Below, piece after piece: positions 1 to 10,625 of a DNA stretch of 20,000 nt. Positions within the stretch are counted from its first letter, which is position 1; every line of letters starts with the position of its first letter. The stretch comes from Pseudovirgaria hyperparasitica (Eukaryota). The position numbers were made by a program, and so were the translations under genes. A model generated the notes under the pieces. It had not been told where the DNA came from, searched no databases, and saw only the letters and a list, made by a program, of their open reading frames with translations. The stretch lies in assembly GCA_010093815.1 (NCBI GenBank), contig ML996567.1. One strand, 5' to 3'.

Positions 1-3000
1 TAGAATAGAGAATACGTCTCTACCCGAGACTCCTAAGAAGGCGTTATAGTCTAGGATAGGCCTCGAAGACCGATTATATATATCACGTATAGAGGAGATC
101 ACCTAATATATAGATGTCCGGAGATAGTAGGATACATTAGAGACGGATTACTAAATATTAATAGGGTGCGAGTATTCTAAGAGCGTTTCGGGGCGAACGG
201 AGAAGAAATCCTATTACCACCCTCCTCGGTAGAGCTATAAGCTACCCTATAAGCTATCTGGAACTACGTAGTAACGGTTTAAAACGGCCTAAGCTAGTAT
301 GGAGGGGGAGTAAAGGTTTCTACGTCCGTAGTAAACATTAATACTTTATAGAGAGTGCCGGTATATAGTATTAGTATAAAATCTACGAAGGGTCCCTACC
401 AGGCCTCGGTAGACAGCGATTCGGAAGAAGAAGTCACGTCGCCCGAGAGTAAGAAAGATAGATATATAGAATTCCACGAACGCTTCGACGTAGCTAGTAA
501 TAGATATATCTACGAGGAGATGGCCCTAGAAGAGCCCGCTATACTTATAATATCTAGAAGGGGGATCACGAAGAGTACACCTAATTATACTAAGGAAAGA
601 AAGATCATCTATCTCCGCGGAATGCGTAAAGGGTAGTATATAAGGATTATTAAGGAATAGGAGGACGGCGAGAAGAGTAGCGACTAGAGAACGTCTAAAT
701 AAGAGCTAACGGCGCCTAAGGATAAGATAGATAAAGGGGATGGCCTAAATCCTAGTTAAAAGGCACGTATCCGAGACGTTAAGCTTAATAACTATCTACG
801 CGAGGGATAGCGGCTAAGTATAGAAGCTAGCGAAGTATAGCTGGTACGCGTTCTAGGGATAACTATAAATATTACTATTAGCGAACTATTAAGCCTTAAT
901 AGTAACTTATATCGTGTGGTGTTCGAGAAGGGCGCCCCTAACTTTATAGCTAGAGAGGTCCACGAGGCTTAAGAGGAGAGAGCCGAGAAGAAAGAAAGAA
1001 ACGACTATACTATGGCTCCCGAGATAAATAAACTTAATATATTAGTACCCCTCTATGCCACGGGGACGGCTATTATATAATGAGATATTAATTAGCTTAA
1101 GGAAGGGATAGTAAGGCTAGTGGCCGAGTGTCCGAGGTATCCTATGAAAGTTAGTTCTAAAAGGGCGACTAGTATAGTACTATTTAATAGTGGCGCGTAG
1201 GTAAATAGTATTCGACTAGATGCTACGAGGCGTCTCGGGCTAGCGATATCTTTACTTCTACTATATATAAAGAACTCGAGTTTAGTTAGCGCTACTTAGT
1301 ATAGTACTCTATTCGTGGGAATAGTATAGTAATACCCTATCTATATAGGTTAGATCGTTACGGCTACTTCGATATTCGTATATAGCGAACTTAATTATAA
1401 CCTTATCCTAGGGGAGCCATATACTAGGCAGGCCTTACTTACGGTATAGAGGTTAGCCTCTAGGTAAGTACTCTTAATAGTCTACTCTATATATAGATAA
1501 GAACGTGTAACCTTTAAAACCAGTCCGGATAAGTATATTCTAGTCTTAGAGAAGGAGGGTAACTCCGTGGCTAGAGACTAACTATATAGCGGAGTATATC
1601 GCTAGAAGCCGGAGTTAAGCCGGATTATTAGTTAAGGGCTACCCTTAACTAATAATCCGTACTAAATAGGGTCCGGTGAACCCACTAACGAAGGGGATAG
1701 GATATATTTTTATACGGATATAGAAATAAGTTATATAGAGTTACTTTCCGAGAAAATCCGGCCTAAAAATATTACTCGGTTATCGAGAAAAGATGACTTA
1801 GCCGCCCTAGTTACGGCGGTAAGGTACGCTACCTTTATATATAAATAAGACACGATAATAGAACGGCTTATAGCAGGCTCCACCGGCCTCTAAAGACGGT
1901 ATTTATCCGGGGTATTAAAGGGATTTAGTATAGCCACCATATATAAAAGAAAGGGAGTTAAAGTACACCCTATAGATGACTCCGAAGCCCACCGAAAGGT
2001 CCCTAGGAATCTATTAGGGTATCTAGACTAGCGTGAACGAGTAATTATATAGTAGGCACTTCTTCCGGCCGTCCACCTAGGCCTTAACGCGTTTAATAGG
2101 CTAATAGAGCCTCGAAGGGTAACTATCCCGCTAGGAATACGTCTAACGCCTCTATATATAAGTTAGCTAAAGATTAGAATAGAGCTACGTCCTACGGAAC
2201 TTAAGTTACTATATATGATCTTATTATATCGCGAGGAAGCACTAGTATGGGAATTCTTATACCTTAGTAAATTTAACGAAGAGGTGGCACCTCCGTAGGA
2301 GATCCGAACGGTAGAATATAAGATATAGTAGGCTAAGAACTTTAATATTCCTAGAGCCCTTTATAGGAAGGTACTTACGATCCTAAAAGAGCGTCTTAAT
2401 AGCGGAAGGCTCGAGCCCTATAGTAGTCCTTATTAAAACGCCTATTTTCTCGTAGAAAAGAAGAAGGAAGCTAATAAGGAACGAGATTATAGGTTAATCA
2501 ATTCGGCGATAGAAATCAACCGAGTTACCATTCGTAATACGGCCACGCCGCCCTTATATAAAGAATTCTCGGAGTACTTCACGGGGATAGCCGTCTTAAC
2601 GTTTACCGACTTCTTCTTAGAATATAATTAGATTCTATTAGTAGAGTATTACCGAGACTTAACGGGGTTTATAACACCCCTAGGATTACTATACGGGATA
2701 ATATTACCTTAAGGGGCCACTAATTTAGTAGCTTAGTTCGTTAGGATTATATTAACTATTATATAAGAACATATCCCGGAGAGGGCTCTACCATTCCTAG
2801 ATAACTTAGGTATTAAAGGACCTACGACGAAATATAACTCTAAGGAGGCCCTATCTAGAATTTATAGGTATATCCTAGAATATTTAATTAACGTGGATAA
2901 GGTTCTTACGGATATAGAGCGCGCCGGATACGCCCTAAGTAGTAAGAAGACTTAGTAGTGTATTAAAGCCGCTAACGTTATAGAATACATCTGCGGTATT

Positions 3001-5292
3001 AAAGAGAGGCGACCGAGTAATAAAAAGGTTACTACTATTAGGGACTAGAAACCCTATAAAAACACGACGAATGTACGAGCCTTCCTTAGCGTTTATATAT
3101 ATTTCCGGATATAGATCCCCGGGTATACTATTATCGCATCGCTACTATTTATACTATTAAAGAATAAATCGGCCTAGTAGTAGATAGCTAAGGAGTAGAC
3201 CTCGATGGACGCGCTAAAGATAGCTCTAACTACTACTCCCGCACTAATAACGTTACGGTATAGGATAGGTATAGAAGATATAATTCTAGTAGTAGACTCT
3301 AGTAACGTTAGGTGGGGGGCTACGTTAATGTAGGAGAACGAGGATTATAAATATTAGCTATCGCGGTATGATAGAGGAATATGGTTAAAAGCTAAGAGAA
3401 ACTACGACACCGTGAAACTAGAGTACCGAGCCCTCCTCCACGCGTTATAGAAGTTCTAGTAATACCTCTATAGCACGTACTTTATTATAGAAATAGACAC
3501 GAATACTCTAGTCGCTTAAATTAACCGTACTATAACTAACTTACTAGGGGCGCTCGTTACTAGGTGGCTCGCGTGGATTTAGCTATGGAACTTTATAGTT
3601 AGGTACGTACCTAGAAAGCGTAATGTAGTCGCCGACGGTATCTTATAGATGCACGAAGGAGAAGAACCACTAGACGTCCCTACCTTTAACCTAGACGAGT
3701 TCGTGGATATGGCTCTATATATAGACGTGCTAGAGACGTCGTTAATTAAGTCTATTAGCGGGAGAGATTACACGATAGAGATACTTAACTATACCGCCAT
3801 TAAGTCTCCCTTAATAGATAAATATAGTAATAAATAGTAGAGGATTACGAAGTATCTTACTATACTTAAGAGGCTAACCGACCTAACCGACCGAGCGTAT
3901 AAGGCCTTTATAACTAACTACCTAAAGTTCCTCGTGTGTAACCGAATACTCTAGCAGAGAGAAGATAGGCATCGCTAATATACACGAGTAATTAAGGATC
4001 CGAATACTAGGGCGCGTATAATTACTACTACTCACGACGAGATAGATTATAGAGGTAGCGAAGGGACCCTTAGAAGGATTAAGAATAAGTATTGGTAGGT
4101 AGGTATACGTAGAGACGTGCGATAGCACGTGAAAACCTATAATAAATATTAATAACGAAGTAAGCTCCTCGGAGGTCTTAATAAAGGGCTCTACCACGTT
4201 ATAACGCCTATTCTTTAGTAAAGAATATACTTAGACGTAACGACACTACCACCTTCTATAGGGTATAGTAAAGTAGTATCTATACGAGAATAGCTAAGCG
4301 GATAGACTAAGGCGGAGGTATATACGGCGGCCACGTCCATAGTTATTATAAAGTTCCTCTTTAAGAACGTAATCTATAGATATGGAATCATTCCTAAAAT
4401 TACCTATAACGGTAGTAGAGAAAATATAGGTACCATAGAGGAGCTCCTCCGACTCTATAGAATTCATTAGAAGGTTATATCTATATATAATCCCCGAGTA
4501 AATAGGATTATTAAGAGAAGTTTTATACTACTCGCTAATACTCTTACGAAGATAACTAATGGCGGATTCAAGAACTAGCCTGACCACCTCCATGCGGTCG
4601 TCTAGATAGATAGAATAACGACACGTACTAGTATAGGGTATAGTACCGTATACCTCGTGCTCGGCCATAAACCAATCATGCCTATTAAAGTCGAATTTAA
4701 GTCGCTCCGAATGCTCCCTTAGGACGAGGTGCGATTAATGTCTAACTTACTCGCTCTTTAAGCTAGATAACTTAAGAGAAGATCCGAGGATCTTAAGGAG
4801 GCCTATACCTACACGACACGAACGCGTAAGGAATTAAGAGAGACATGGAATAACGACTATTACCTTCGTTAAGAGTCGTTACTAGTCGATATAATTATCC
4901 TCCTATACGACTCGTAGCGATAGAAGGATATAGGGCGAAAGCTAAGGTAGTATTAGAGGGGGCCATATAGAATCCAGTCCGTGTTTAATTATACTTATAA
5001 GCTCGCGGAGCTTAATAGAGCCATGCTTAGAGGGACGTTTCCTAGCCATAGGTTAAAGAAATATTTTATAAGAAATGCGAGTAACGAGAGTCACGACGAG
5101 CCCTCGCGACTACTAATCGGAAGAATTACCGAGGAAAATAAGGAGAGTAGTAATAAGGAAAACTATTATAAATAACTCACGGAACACCTCGACGACGCCA
5201 CACGAACCCGGGTGGAAGTGGTAATTCCTACTCCGTAAGGCTTTAATAGAGAGGAATATTTACGTTTCCCTAGAATCGACATCTCCTTCTAG
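1..5292 (+). pseudogene. gag-pol polyprotein pseudogene of copy A (single reading frame, many RIP stops)
   Basis: Frame +1 motifs: Zn knuckle 79-117; protease VLF[N/D]SGA*VN (~1177-1206); YKRKGVKVHP (~1942); RT PFLD[N/D]LGIKGP (2791-2823); RNase H IILVVDSSNVRWGATLM (~3280-3330) and RNVVADGI (~3620-3645); integrase HHCC-like ~4030-4150 and core ~4220-4700; GPY motif *RGPYRI (~4954-4975). Track ORFs 355-636, 3649-3837 and 4981-5175 are stop-free islands of this frame. The 3' end is approximate. Confidence 0.93.
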
Positions 5293-5323
5293 GGGATAGA
5301 AGTTTTTTTAAGGAGGGAAGGGA
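5293..5323 (+). other. U-tract plus polypurine tract directly after pol (internal PPT-like), copy A
   Basis: GGGATAGAAG-T7-AAGGAGGGAAGGGA; conserved in copy B at ~17882-17913. Confidence 0.5.
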
Positions 5324-5344
5324 TACTTATAAAAGTAGTCTTAT

Positions 5345-5418
5345 AACGATGAACTCCATTATCGAAAGAGGATAATAAACCCTATCATTACTATAAAATA
5401 ATAAAACCCATTATTAAA
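5345..5418. repeat. ~26-bp tandem repeat x3 with internal inverted repeat (consensus GATGATGAACYCCATCATCGAAAGAG)
   Basis: Units start at 5345, 5371 and ~5397; copy B has 4 units. Confidence 0.7.
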
Positions 5419-5623
5419 GTAAGTAATGCTCGAAAGAAGACATAATGGCGTTTACGCGAAATTCCACCTACCACACATTAAAACCGGTCGTGTAATCGAA
5501 GCCTACCCATCGAAGGTCTATTTCGTTACTATAGAACGGGCCCCGTTAGGAACTAATAAGGAAGAAAAGAAGGAGGAGGTATAAGAGAAAAAGATACTTA
5601 TAGGAAGTCTTATAAGGATAAGA

Positions 5624-5727
5624 ATATACCCAGTATCTATTTATTTATAGATTCCGCCATATACCCGGTAGACACATTCATTTATAGATTTCCTATATAC
5701 CTAGTATATATTCATTCATAGATTCGA
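5624..5727. repeat. ~35-bp tandem repeat x3 (ATATACCYRGTA..YATTYATTYATAGATT)
   Basis: Units start at 5624, 5659 and 5695, with a partial ATATACCCGGCA at ~5778; same array in copy B at ~18239-18342. Confidence 0.75.
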
Positions 5728-5797
5728 CACGTATACGGGCCTACGGCCGTTAGTAAGGATCATTTATAAAAATTACTATATACCCGGCATTCGAGGA

Positions 5798-5915
5798 GGC
5801 ATAAAAAGAGAACTTAAGATAGTATATAACTCTTCCCTCTTACACCTCTCTATACCTCCTTAATTAATAAAACCTCCTCCTCTACTTCCGCCTCGCTTAA
5901 ACTACCTCTCCTTAG
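5798..5915 (+). promoter_or_regulatory. Putative internal core promoter for the extra ORF
   Basis: CATAAAAAG (TATAAAAAG in copy B at 18415) followed by a long CT-rich stretch (~5830-5912), ~35 bp before the inferred start codon. Confidence 0.4.
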
Positions 5916-5947
5916 AACGTAACTTACCGATAGAACTAATAATAATA

Positions 5948-8220
5948 ATAGCCCTACCGAAGAAGAAAACGCCTACCCGTAAAGAGTTATAAGATCGTTA
6001 AGCACTAATAAGATAGACACGGTCCTAGTTAAGAGTCGTGAGTGCTAAAGTAGGGCCATTAACGGCTATCGTGGTATTAAGGCCATCTACTACTCTATAC
6101 GGATAGGCTATAGAAGCTACGGAAATAAATAAGTCTACCATTAACTGAATTATCGCTATCCAGGACCCGTAAGAGCGATAGGACTATATTCTAGACACGT
6201 TTAATAATCTCCTTTACATTACTAGCCTTATAGAATAGCTCTTAAGTAGTATAGTTAACCTCTTCTAGGAAGCAGGAGCCGTAATAGGGTATAGTAAGGC
6301 AAAGATTAACTCCTCTATTCCGAAAGAAGTCCACGAGATAATTCGTCGTGGAAGAGATACTAACTCCCGTATCCTAAAAGCTAAAAATGTAATCCTATAA
6401 AACTAGCGAAAAGACCTCCCTAATAACGACGGCTAGTTACTCTAATCTACCCTCGGATAGCTCTAGTAAACATAGAACTTCATAGAAAAGCTAGTAGCGC
6501 TCTTACGAGTATAAACATGGGTAAGAGTAAGGAACTAGTTAAACGTATCTCTATGGTCCCGAATTGGCCAGGGATAGAAGGAAAGGAGAATTAAGGCATA
6601 TCTTTAGAGCTCTAATATTAATACCGCCCTAGCCAGCGATAGTAACGAGAATAGCCTATCTCTCTAGTAACTCTCGAACTACTCTAGCCGATAAAATAAA
6701 CTAACGTTCTATAATAAGACGGGACTTATTATCCCCGCTAGTTAATAGTTACGGATAAGTAGAATAGTTCATAGGCCCGTTAAATACTACCTATAAATTA
6801 AAGAGATAAGTATATTACCTCCACCTTAGACCTTACCGTCGCTAAAACTAGCGTAGGTAACGCCCGTGGTAAAGTCCCCTCCACGAAGCACGCCTTCTAG
6901 TTTAGTAGCACGTCGTCTCTTCGAAGCTAGTTATCCGTTTAAAGTAAGCATTCCTTCTACTACTACTAGTATACGTCCCTTACCGGGCTATGCGAGAACC
7001 TCTTTAGTACCTATTACGGCCACGCTAATAAAACCCACTCGCGGACGTGCCTCATCTACCGGCCCTTAGTAATTACTAGGGGCGCCTATATGATAATCCC
7101 CGGTTATTCTTAGTTCGTACCCTAAGATGATAGTATCGGTCGAGGAAGAGGACGAGCCTAAGAAGTATTAATACGCGCCTTTAGTAACGAAGACTTTTAA
7201 GGTAGCTATATTATTAAAGAAGAATTTCACGAGCATTAAGGGAATGGCCCTACTAGTACACTAGAAAGCGTAGATAGGTAATATGGCTATTCCGTATAAA
7301 GTCTACTATAAGCATTACTAAGATATGGCTAGAAAGAATAATATACTCGTTAGCGTGTCCCACTTAAACCTAGTAGCGAGACTTAAAATAGTATATAAGT
7401 TTAGAGATAACGTGGGGGCCCTTAAAGTTTATAAGGACTACTACACCTAGTTCGCGAAGTACGCGCGGCCACCTTATCCGATAGAGGCATTAGGTGTCTA
7501 TTATTACTAGGCCCTAGAGACCCCGAAGCAAGTTATTAATATTAAAACCATCCTTACTAGTATCGCATTTATGATTTAGAAGGAGGACGGTAGAATAGGT
7601 AGGTAACTCTTTGACGAGTAGGAATGTACTAGAAGTATTAATATTAAAGGGCTCTTCGAGCCACTTAAAAAGACGACCTCTATACTTAATAAGAGTATTC
7701 TAGAACTCGCGAGGGATGAATTTAATATATATAAGTACTACTAGCGCATGTTTAATAAGAAATCGAACTACGGCTAGCTACGAACTATATACTACTCCTA
7801 TATCTAATAGTTTATTAGGTAATGCCTACTTTACTAGCTCATCTATATCGCTCTTCGGCCCGATCTTAACTACTATCTAATCTCGTACCCGTACTATACG
7901 AAGTCCTAGGATAGAGGCGATAAGACGGGTTTTAAGTATCTCGATAACGCCATTAATCGAATCCTCGATCCTAGTAATAGACACGGGTTTAATATAATCT
8001 AGGGGAGTATTAGTCTCGACGACAAACGAAGTAACGACTATACTATAATCGTTCCCTACTTCTATAAGTTCTTAAATAAATAGTAGTCGAAGGCTAAGCT
8101 CCGCGAGGGGGTTAATTAAAACGGTATAATTACGGCTATTAACGATAAGATCTATAATACGGACGATAGGAAACGATTTAGTCCCTTCGTCCCGGTCCCC
8201 TACTAGTCCCTTAAAGTACG
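5948..8220 (+). pseudogene. Extra ORF of copy A: large protein with C-terminal PhyH-like 2OG-Fe(II) dioxygenase domain (RIP-degraded, 3' end in gap)
   Basis: Continuous frame +2 without frameshift; stops are TAA/TAG/TGA explicable as CAA/CAG/TGG/CGA transitions, and several are sense codons in copy B. Motifs: FDE*ECTRSINIKGLF (7610), LISYPYYTK, GFK[Y>H]LD (7937-7945), I*GSISLDD (7997-8023), [Y>C]TIIVPYF[Y>H]K (8039-8068), FVPVP[Y>C]*SLKVR at the gap edge. Track ORF 6866-7069 lies in this frame. Confidence 0.75.
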
Positions 8221-8880
8221 NNNNNNNNNNNNNNNNNNNNNNNNNNNNNNNNNNNNNNNNNNNNNNNNNNNNNNNNNNNNNNNNNNNNNNNNNNNNNNNN
8301 NNNNNNNNNNNNNNNNNNNNNNNNNNNNNNNNNNNNNNNNNNNNNNNNNNNNNNNNNNNNNNNNNNNNNNNNNNNNNNNNNNNNNNNNNNNNNNNNNNNN
8401 NNNNNNNNNNNNNNNNNNNNNNNNNNNNNNNNNNNNNNNNNNNNNNNNNNNNNNNNNNNNNNNNNNNNNNNNNNNNNNNNNNNNNNNNNNNNNNNNNNNN
8501 NNNNNNNNNNNNNNNNNNNNNNNNNNNNNNNNNNNNNNNNNNNNNNNNNNNNNNNNNNNNNNNNNNNNNNNNNNNNNNNNNNNNNNNNNNNNNNNNNNNN
8601 NNNNNNNNNNNNNNNNNNNNNNNNNNNNNNNNNNNNNNNNNNNNNNNNNNNNNNNNNNNNNNNNNNNNNNNNNNNNNNNNNNNNNNNNNNNNNNNNNNNN
8701 NNNNNNNNNNNNNNNNNNNNNNNNNNNNNNNNNNNNNNNNNNNNNNNNNNNNNNNNNNNNNNNNNNNNNNNNNNNNNNNNNNNNNNNNNNNNNNNNNNNN
8801 NNNNNNNNNNNNNNNNNNNNNNNNNNNNNNNNNNNNNNNNNNNNNNNNNNNNNNNNNNNNNNNNNNNNNNNNNNNNNNNN
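8221..8880. other. Assembly gap (660 N)
   Basis: Run of N. Confidence 1.
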
Positions 8881-9011
8881 ATCCGGGCTAAGGTTTACCC
8901 GCGCCGAGAGGTTTACTAGGGGCGCATTTTATTCGTATTAAGGTCTTTCTTTTAGGCGTTCTTTACACGGTTTCTTACACGGTTACTATACTACTAAGGG
9001 TAGTAGTTCTA

Positions 9012-9028
9012 TGGGCCGGGGAGGTATA
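9012..9028 (+). other. G-rich PPT-like tract preceding the 3' LTR
   Basis: TGGGCCGGGGAGG-TATA immediately before the LTR start; absent before the other LTR copy. Confidence 0.55.
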
Positions 9029-9400
9029 TATAGAAGGCCGCTCCTATAGCCCCATATGTATGTGTCCCTAGCTCGATTATATAGCTCATTATATATTTAA
9101 GGAGGGCGTTTTCCTTGGTCATTCTATATGACACGCTTCCCCTATCACTAATATTCGACGATTCGACCTTTCCTTACGTTCATGGGCCTCTATAGGTATT
9201 AATTATTAGGCTTAGCTATTAATAAATTAATTAAGAGTATTATATAGACCCGTCCTATCATAAAAGAGAACTAATAAGAAGTCGTGCGTTTAAAGAGAAC
9301 TTATAATACCTAGGAGAGATACTTGTGAGTTCGTCGCGACTACTATACTAAGGACATAGCCATTTATAAAAAGGGACATACGTAGCGATGGCTCATCACA
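9029..9400 (+). repeat. 3' LTR of copy A (372 bp)
   Basis: Aligns end to end with 10626-10997. Starts TATAGAAGG and ends CATCACA; de-RIPped termini are TGTGG...CCACA (TG..CA inverted ends). Preceded by a PPT-like tract and not followed by a PBS. Confidence 0.9.
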
Positions 9401-10625
9401 CTATATTTTATATAACTTTAAAACTATCGGGTCTATCTTTTATAGATCCACGATTAACTAGGCGAGGTCTACTTAATATATACGCTAGGTACCATCGCCC
9501 TCCCTAATAGCGCCGATAAATGGCTTACTAGGGACTTCGGTACCATGTCTTTAGTTACCGGCTTCGGTCTTATAAATTCGATTACTAGTATTAGTATTAG
9601 TATCTTACTAATCGTTAGATAACTTATTATCTAACCTCGTCCTTAAGAGTTAGGCCTATAGCTACTCTAGGACCCTATAGCTACTATAATTCTAGGCGCC
9701 TTCTTTATAGTTAGGTCTTCTTAATATTCTATTAGCTAGATTTATACTTCTAGGTTAATAGTAGATTATAAAGTAGAAATTTATAAGCTACTTAGCCTAT
9801 TAAATCTATTAATAATTTAAAACCGTCGTACTTATAAACCCCTTTAAGTTATAGTAATTAGTTAGTAACTTAACGTTATATATAGTACCTTTAAGATAAT
9901 ATTACTACTACTTAAACGACTCTACTATTACTAGTAGCTCTTAGTTATAAATAGTATATCTAGTCTCGACGTTAGCTATCTTACGTAAGAAGAACGTAAC
10001 TAGATACTATTAGACCTTTTTAGACTCTATTAGTCTAGGCTAGGAGAGTATACCCGAGATTATAAATTCTAATATATTAGTTTCGACGCGAATAGATTTA
10101 GTTAGATCGAAGTATACTAGTAATAGGGCGGTTATAAATACTTCTTTAATCTTCTTAAAGGATGTTCTTTCAACCTTAGTTAATTTAATAGATTATAATT
10201 TAATATTACGCTGTTTCTATCTACCATAGACCGTAATAGACGAGTTAGTAGTAGTAGTATATATATTAAGTAGTACGGCTAAACGGGAGAAGTATTTAAT
10301 AAATTTTTAGTAGTAGTTAGCGAAGCTAATAAAGACACATATATCTCGAACGGATTTTAGTTTAGACTAGTCTATAATAGTAGTAACTCTATCTCTCTCT
10401 ATAGTTATACCTTAATTAGTAATAATGAAGCTAAGAAATTTAATATAGTTCTAATGGAACTTGCATTTAGATAGCTTAATATATAGCTTATACTTTTCTA
10501 GCCTATCTAGAACTACACGTACGTACTAGATATACTCCTCCTTATTATCTAAGAAGATAAGAATATTATCTAGGTACACGATATATATCGTGTCGAGTAG
10601 ACCTACTAGCGCGTTATTAATATAC
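9401..10625 (-). pseudogene. RT (C-terminal half)-RNase H fragment of a second, unrelated Ty3/Gypsy family (chromovirus-like motifs), heavily RIPped
   Basis: Minus-strand translation: YINNALVGLLDTIYIVYLDNILIF (YLD[D] at 10576-10565), KLYIKLSKCKFH, FISFANYY*KFIKYFSRLAVLL, RVETNILEFIISGILS*, VTFFLRKIANVETRYTIYN*ELLVIVESFK, NLANRILRRPNY. Cut off sharply at both LTR boundaries. Confidence 0.92.

Larger units (their letters stand above)
1..9400 (+). mobile_element. Ty3/Gypsy LTR retrotransposon, copy A (5' part outside window), RIP-inactivated
   Basis: Domain order gag(Zn knuckle)-protease-RT-RNaseH-integrase in frame +1, then a ~3.7-kb 3' region, a purine-rich tract and an LTR at 9029-9400. Colinear with 12590-20000. 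Linkage across the 660-N gap is inferred. Confidence 0.92.

Noticed and set aside
355..636. Short ORFs 355-636, 3649-3837, 4981-5175, 6866-7069, 17570-17764 and 19516-19716 as independent genes
   Set aside because: All are stop-free islands within the RIP-broken gag-pol or extra-ORF frames.
3922..4197. Minus-strand 91-aa ORF (and its twin at 16511-16819)
   Set aside because: Antisense shadow of the integrase zinc-finger region; its recurrence merely reflects the duplicated element.
1..5292. Alternative genetic code or stop-codon readthrough explaining in-frame TAA/TAG
   Set aside because: Stops differ between the two copies and coincide with CpA/TpG transition sites, alongside matching missense changes, as expected from RIP.
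5345..5727. CRISPR-like array (palindromic short repeats)
   Set aside because: Units are contiguous with no unique spacers, no cas genes are present, and the context is a eukaryotic retrotransposon.
5948..8220. env gene, or a TET/JBP or AlkB assignment for the extra ORF
   Set aside because: No signal peptide or transmembrane segment is visible, and the motifs (QGSISLDD, IVP.FHK) fit PhyH-like enzymes better; a family-level call needs a profile search.
8961..8984. TTACACGGTT repeated twice before the PPT
   Set aside because: Too short, next to a gap, and no second copy in the window to test conservation.
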